A stretch of DNA of 62,852 nucleotides, counting the filler, from Octopus bimaculoides (Eukaryota), in assembly GCF_001194135.2 (NCBI RefSeq). It is 4 parts of 4 records of this genome, joined end to end, with 100 filler letters (N's around TTAATTAATTAA, not from the genome) between each part and the next. Parts side by side here need not be neighbours in the genome. Positions count along the whole stretch, not along the records: positions 59,367 to 62,852 come from NC_068995.1; 3 more parts are not named here. The stretch is one strand, 5' to 3'. Position numbers and translations under genes: made by a program. Position 1 is the first letter of the stretch. Every line of letters starts with the position of its first letter. Positions 61,265 through 62,852 of the stretch are shown here, one piece after another. The notes under the pieces are model-generated. The model worked only from the letters and a program-made list of their open reading frames with translations, was not told the DNA's origin and ran no database searches.

Positions 61265-61356
61265 CTGATTATAAAGAAACACGAAATATGTTATCATTAT
61301 TCGATAAATTTAATAGATGATTGCGGTTTGGTTTAACATCACTATAAATTACATAC

Positions 61357-61529
61357 ATTTTGAAACCGGATATAAACGCCGCTTCTGGTAATTTGACGTT
61401 AAAGGTGATTTCTTGAGAATATTTCTTATTATTGGCAACCAAACTTGTCATTTGCGTGGTAGCGAATCTCATTCGAATATCCAACTGGACGTGTAATTGA
61501 AGAATCTTCGGTGGATTTGACGTTACACC
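61357..61529 (-). CDS. ITIH: ITIH-like gene exon (start of VIT domain)
   Basis: GVTSNPPKILQLHVQLDIRMRFATTQMTSLVANNKKYSQEITFNVKLPEAAFISGFKM resembles the ITIH RFA.T...S.V.N.....E..F...LP..AFI..F.M motif; TAG acceptor, GTATGT donor. Confidence 0.92.
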
Positions 61530-62534
61530 CTATAATAAATAGTTAAACATATCAATGTATTTGCAAGTCAGTCATAAAAGCAATGCTTGGTATCTTCAAG
61601 TCGTAGTTATACAAGTAGTGTTTGATATCGTTCTATGTAGCAATGTCTGATATGTTCTAATGTATGTCGTACACAACAAATATTGACTTCTGATTTGTGA
61701 CTTAAATTTTAAGTTATCGGTTTTCATTTTGATTCGATATGAGACCAACATTTCATAGGAAAGAAGATGCAAGATCTATAATAACAGGGAATACGTTTTA
61801 ATTAGTTGAATGGATTCGCAAAACCATTGCAGTCGGTTTCTGGAATTATTTTACACAGATAAAGCAGAGCAAAATCAAAGTATACCCAGGTAGAATTTGA
61901 TCTCCCAACGTTCCTTTTTATTATAGCCAAAAGGCCTGAAATTTTGTGGGAGAAGACCAACGATTACATCGATTATATCGACCCTGAAAGAATGAAATGT
62001 AAAGCCTACCTCGGTAGTAAAGACAGACAAAATACTCCTAAGCATTTTGTCCGGCATGCTAACAGGTCTGCCAGCTCACTGCCTCTTGCTCTCAGAATAA
62101 TCCTTTCTACTAAAGGCAGAAGGCCTAAAAGTTGAGGGGAGGTGACCGGTTGATCTCATCGACCTCAGTGTGGCACTGGTACTCATTTTATTGACCCCTA
62201 AATAGTAAAAGATAATGTTATTCTCAGCAGTATGTGAGCACAGAACATAAATGGCCAGAAGAAATATCGTTTAGTATTTTGTGGAACTTGCTAACGACAC
62301 ATAGCTTGCCGTTTTAAATTCCCTTCAAGATAATAAGAAACTTATGAGCCATATTTACAGTTTGAGGTGGAATATATTTTATTAGCAGAGGCACCTGGCG
62401 TTGCCCTTGAATGAAATGCCTCCTTACATATTGGAAGTTAAAAAGCAAAATATGTTGTATAGAAATTTGATATTGTAAATTCAATTTGTTCTTCAGTTGG
62501 GATACAATTTATTCTTTAATTGCGAAATCAATTC

Positions 62535-62655
62535 TTAATTAATAATAATAATAATAATAATGATAATAATAATAATAGTAATAACGATGATGATGATGAT
62601 GATGATGATAATAACAATAATAATAATAATAATAATGATGATGATAATAATAATG

Positions 62656-62721
<66 letters not shown>

Positions 62722-62750
62722 GTAATAATAATGATAATAATAATAAGGTA
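62535..62750. repeat. (AAT)n/(GAT)n microsatellite in an ITIH-like intron
   Basis: Seen directly. Confidence 0.95.
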
Positions 62751-62800
62751 TAATAAAAAAAATATTCAGACAAATACATAACAAAAACATCAGGGCTTAC

Positions 62801-62848
62801 AAATATATATAACATACAGAAAATTGCACTACTGGGTACTGCACACAT
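62801..62848 (-). CDS. Candidate first coding exon (signal peptide) of the ITIH-like gene
   Basis: ATG at 62848, MCAVPSSAIFCMLYIF, then GTAAGC donor in phase 0, matching the phase-0 start of the 61529 exon and giving a hydrophobic signal-like N-terminus. Confidence 0.55.
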
Positions 62849-62852
62849 CCTA

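Noticed and set aside
62381-62410. Possible Helitron 3' end (attagcagaggcacctggcgttgccc)
   Set aside because: CTAG is altered and the hairpin is broken; too degenerate to call

Overview
This is AT-rich, microsatellite-dense animal genomic DNA. The SINE, RTE and Penelope-type repeat make-up suggests an octopus-like cephalopod (inference, not a database match). The window has many N gaps and three identical 100-bp linkers (44 N + TTAATTAATTAA + 44 N at 27198, 38213, 59267), so it is four joined blocks and adjacency across them is unverified. Host genes: the last two coding exons of a QSOX sulfhydryl oxidase (+, 7398-9886) and the 5' exons of an inter-alpha-trypsin-inhibitor heavy-chain-like VIT-domain gene (-, about 59803-62848). 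The rest is mostly mobile DNA: RTE LINE and its 3' ends, several tRNA-derived SINE families (one in a tandem array), a fold-back element with a telomere-like core split by a solo LTR, Helitron, R4-type and L1/Tx1 fragments, and an LTR with a tRNA-Trp PBS. The most notable region is about 43.8-58.5 kb, a cluster of at least six L1/Tx1-like units. They join head-to-tail, mix ORF1+ORF2 and apparently ORF1-only units, and become co-oriented if a 6.2-kb internal segment is un-inverted. All elements seen are mutated or truncated. All alignments were done by eye.
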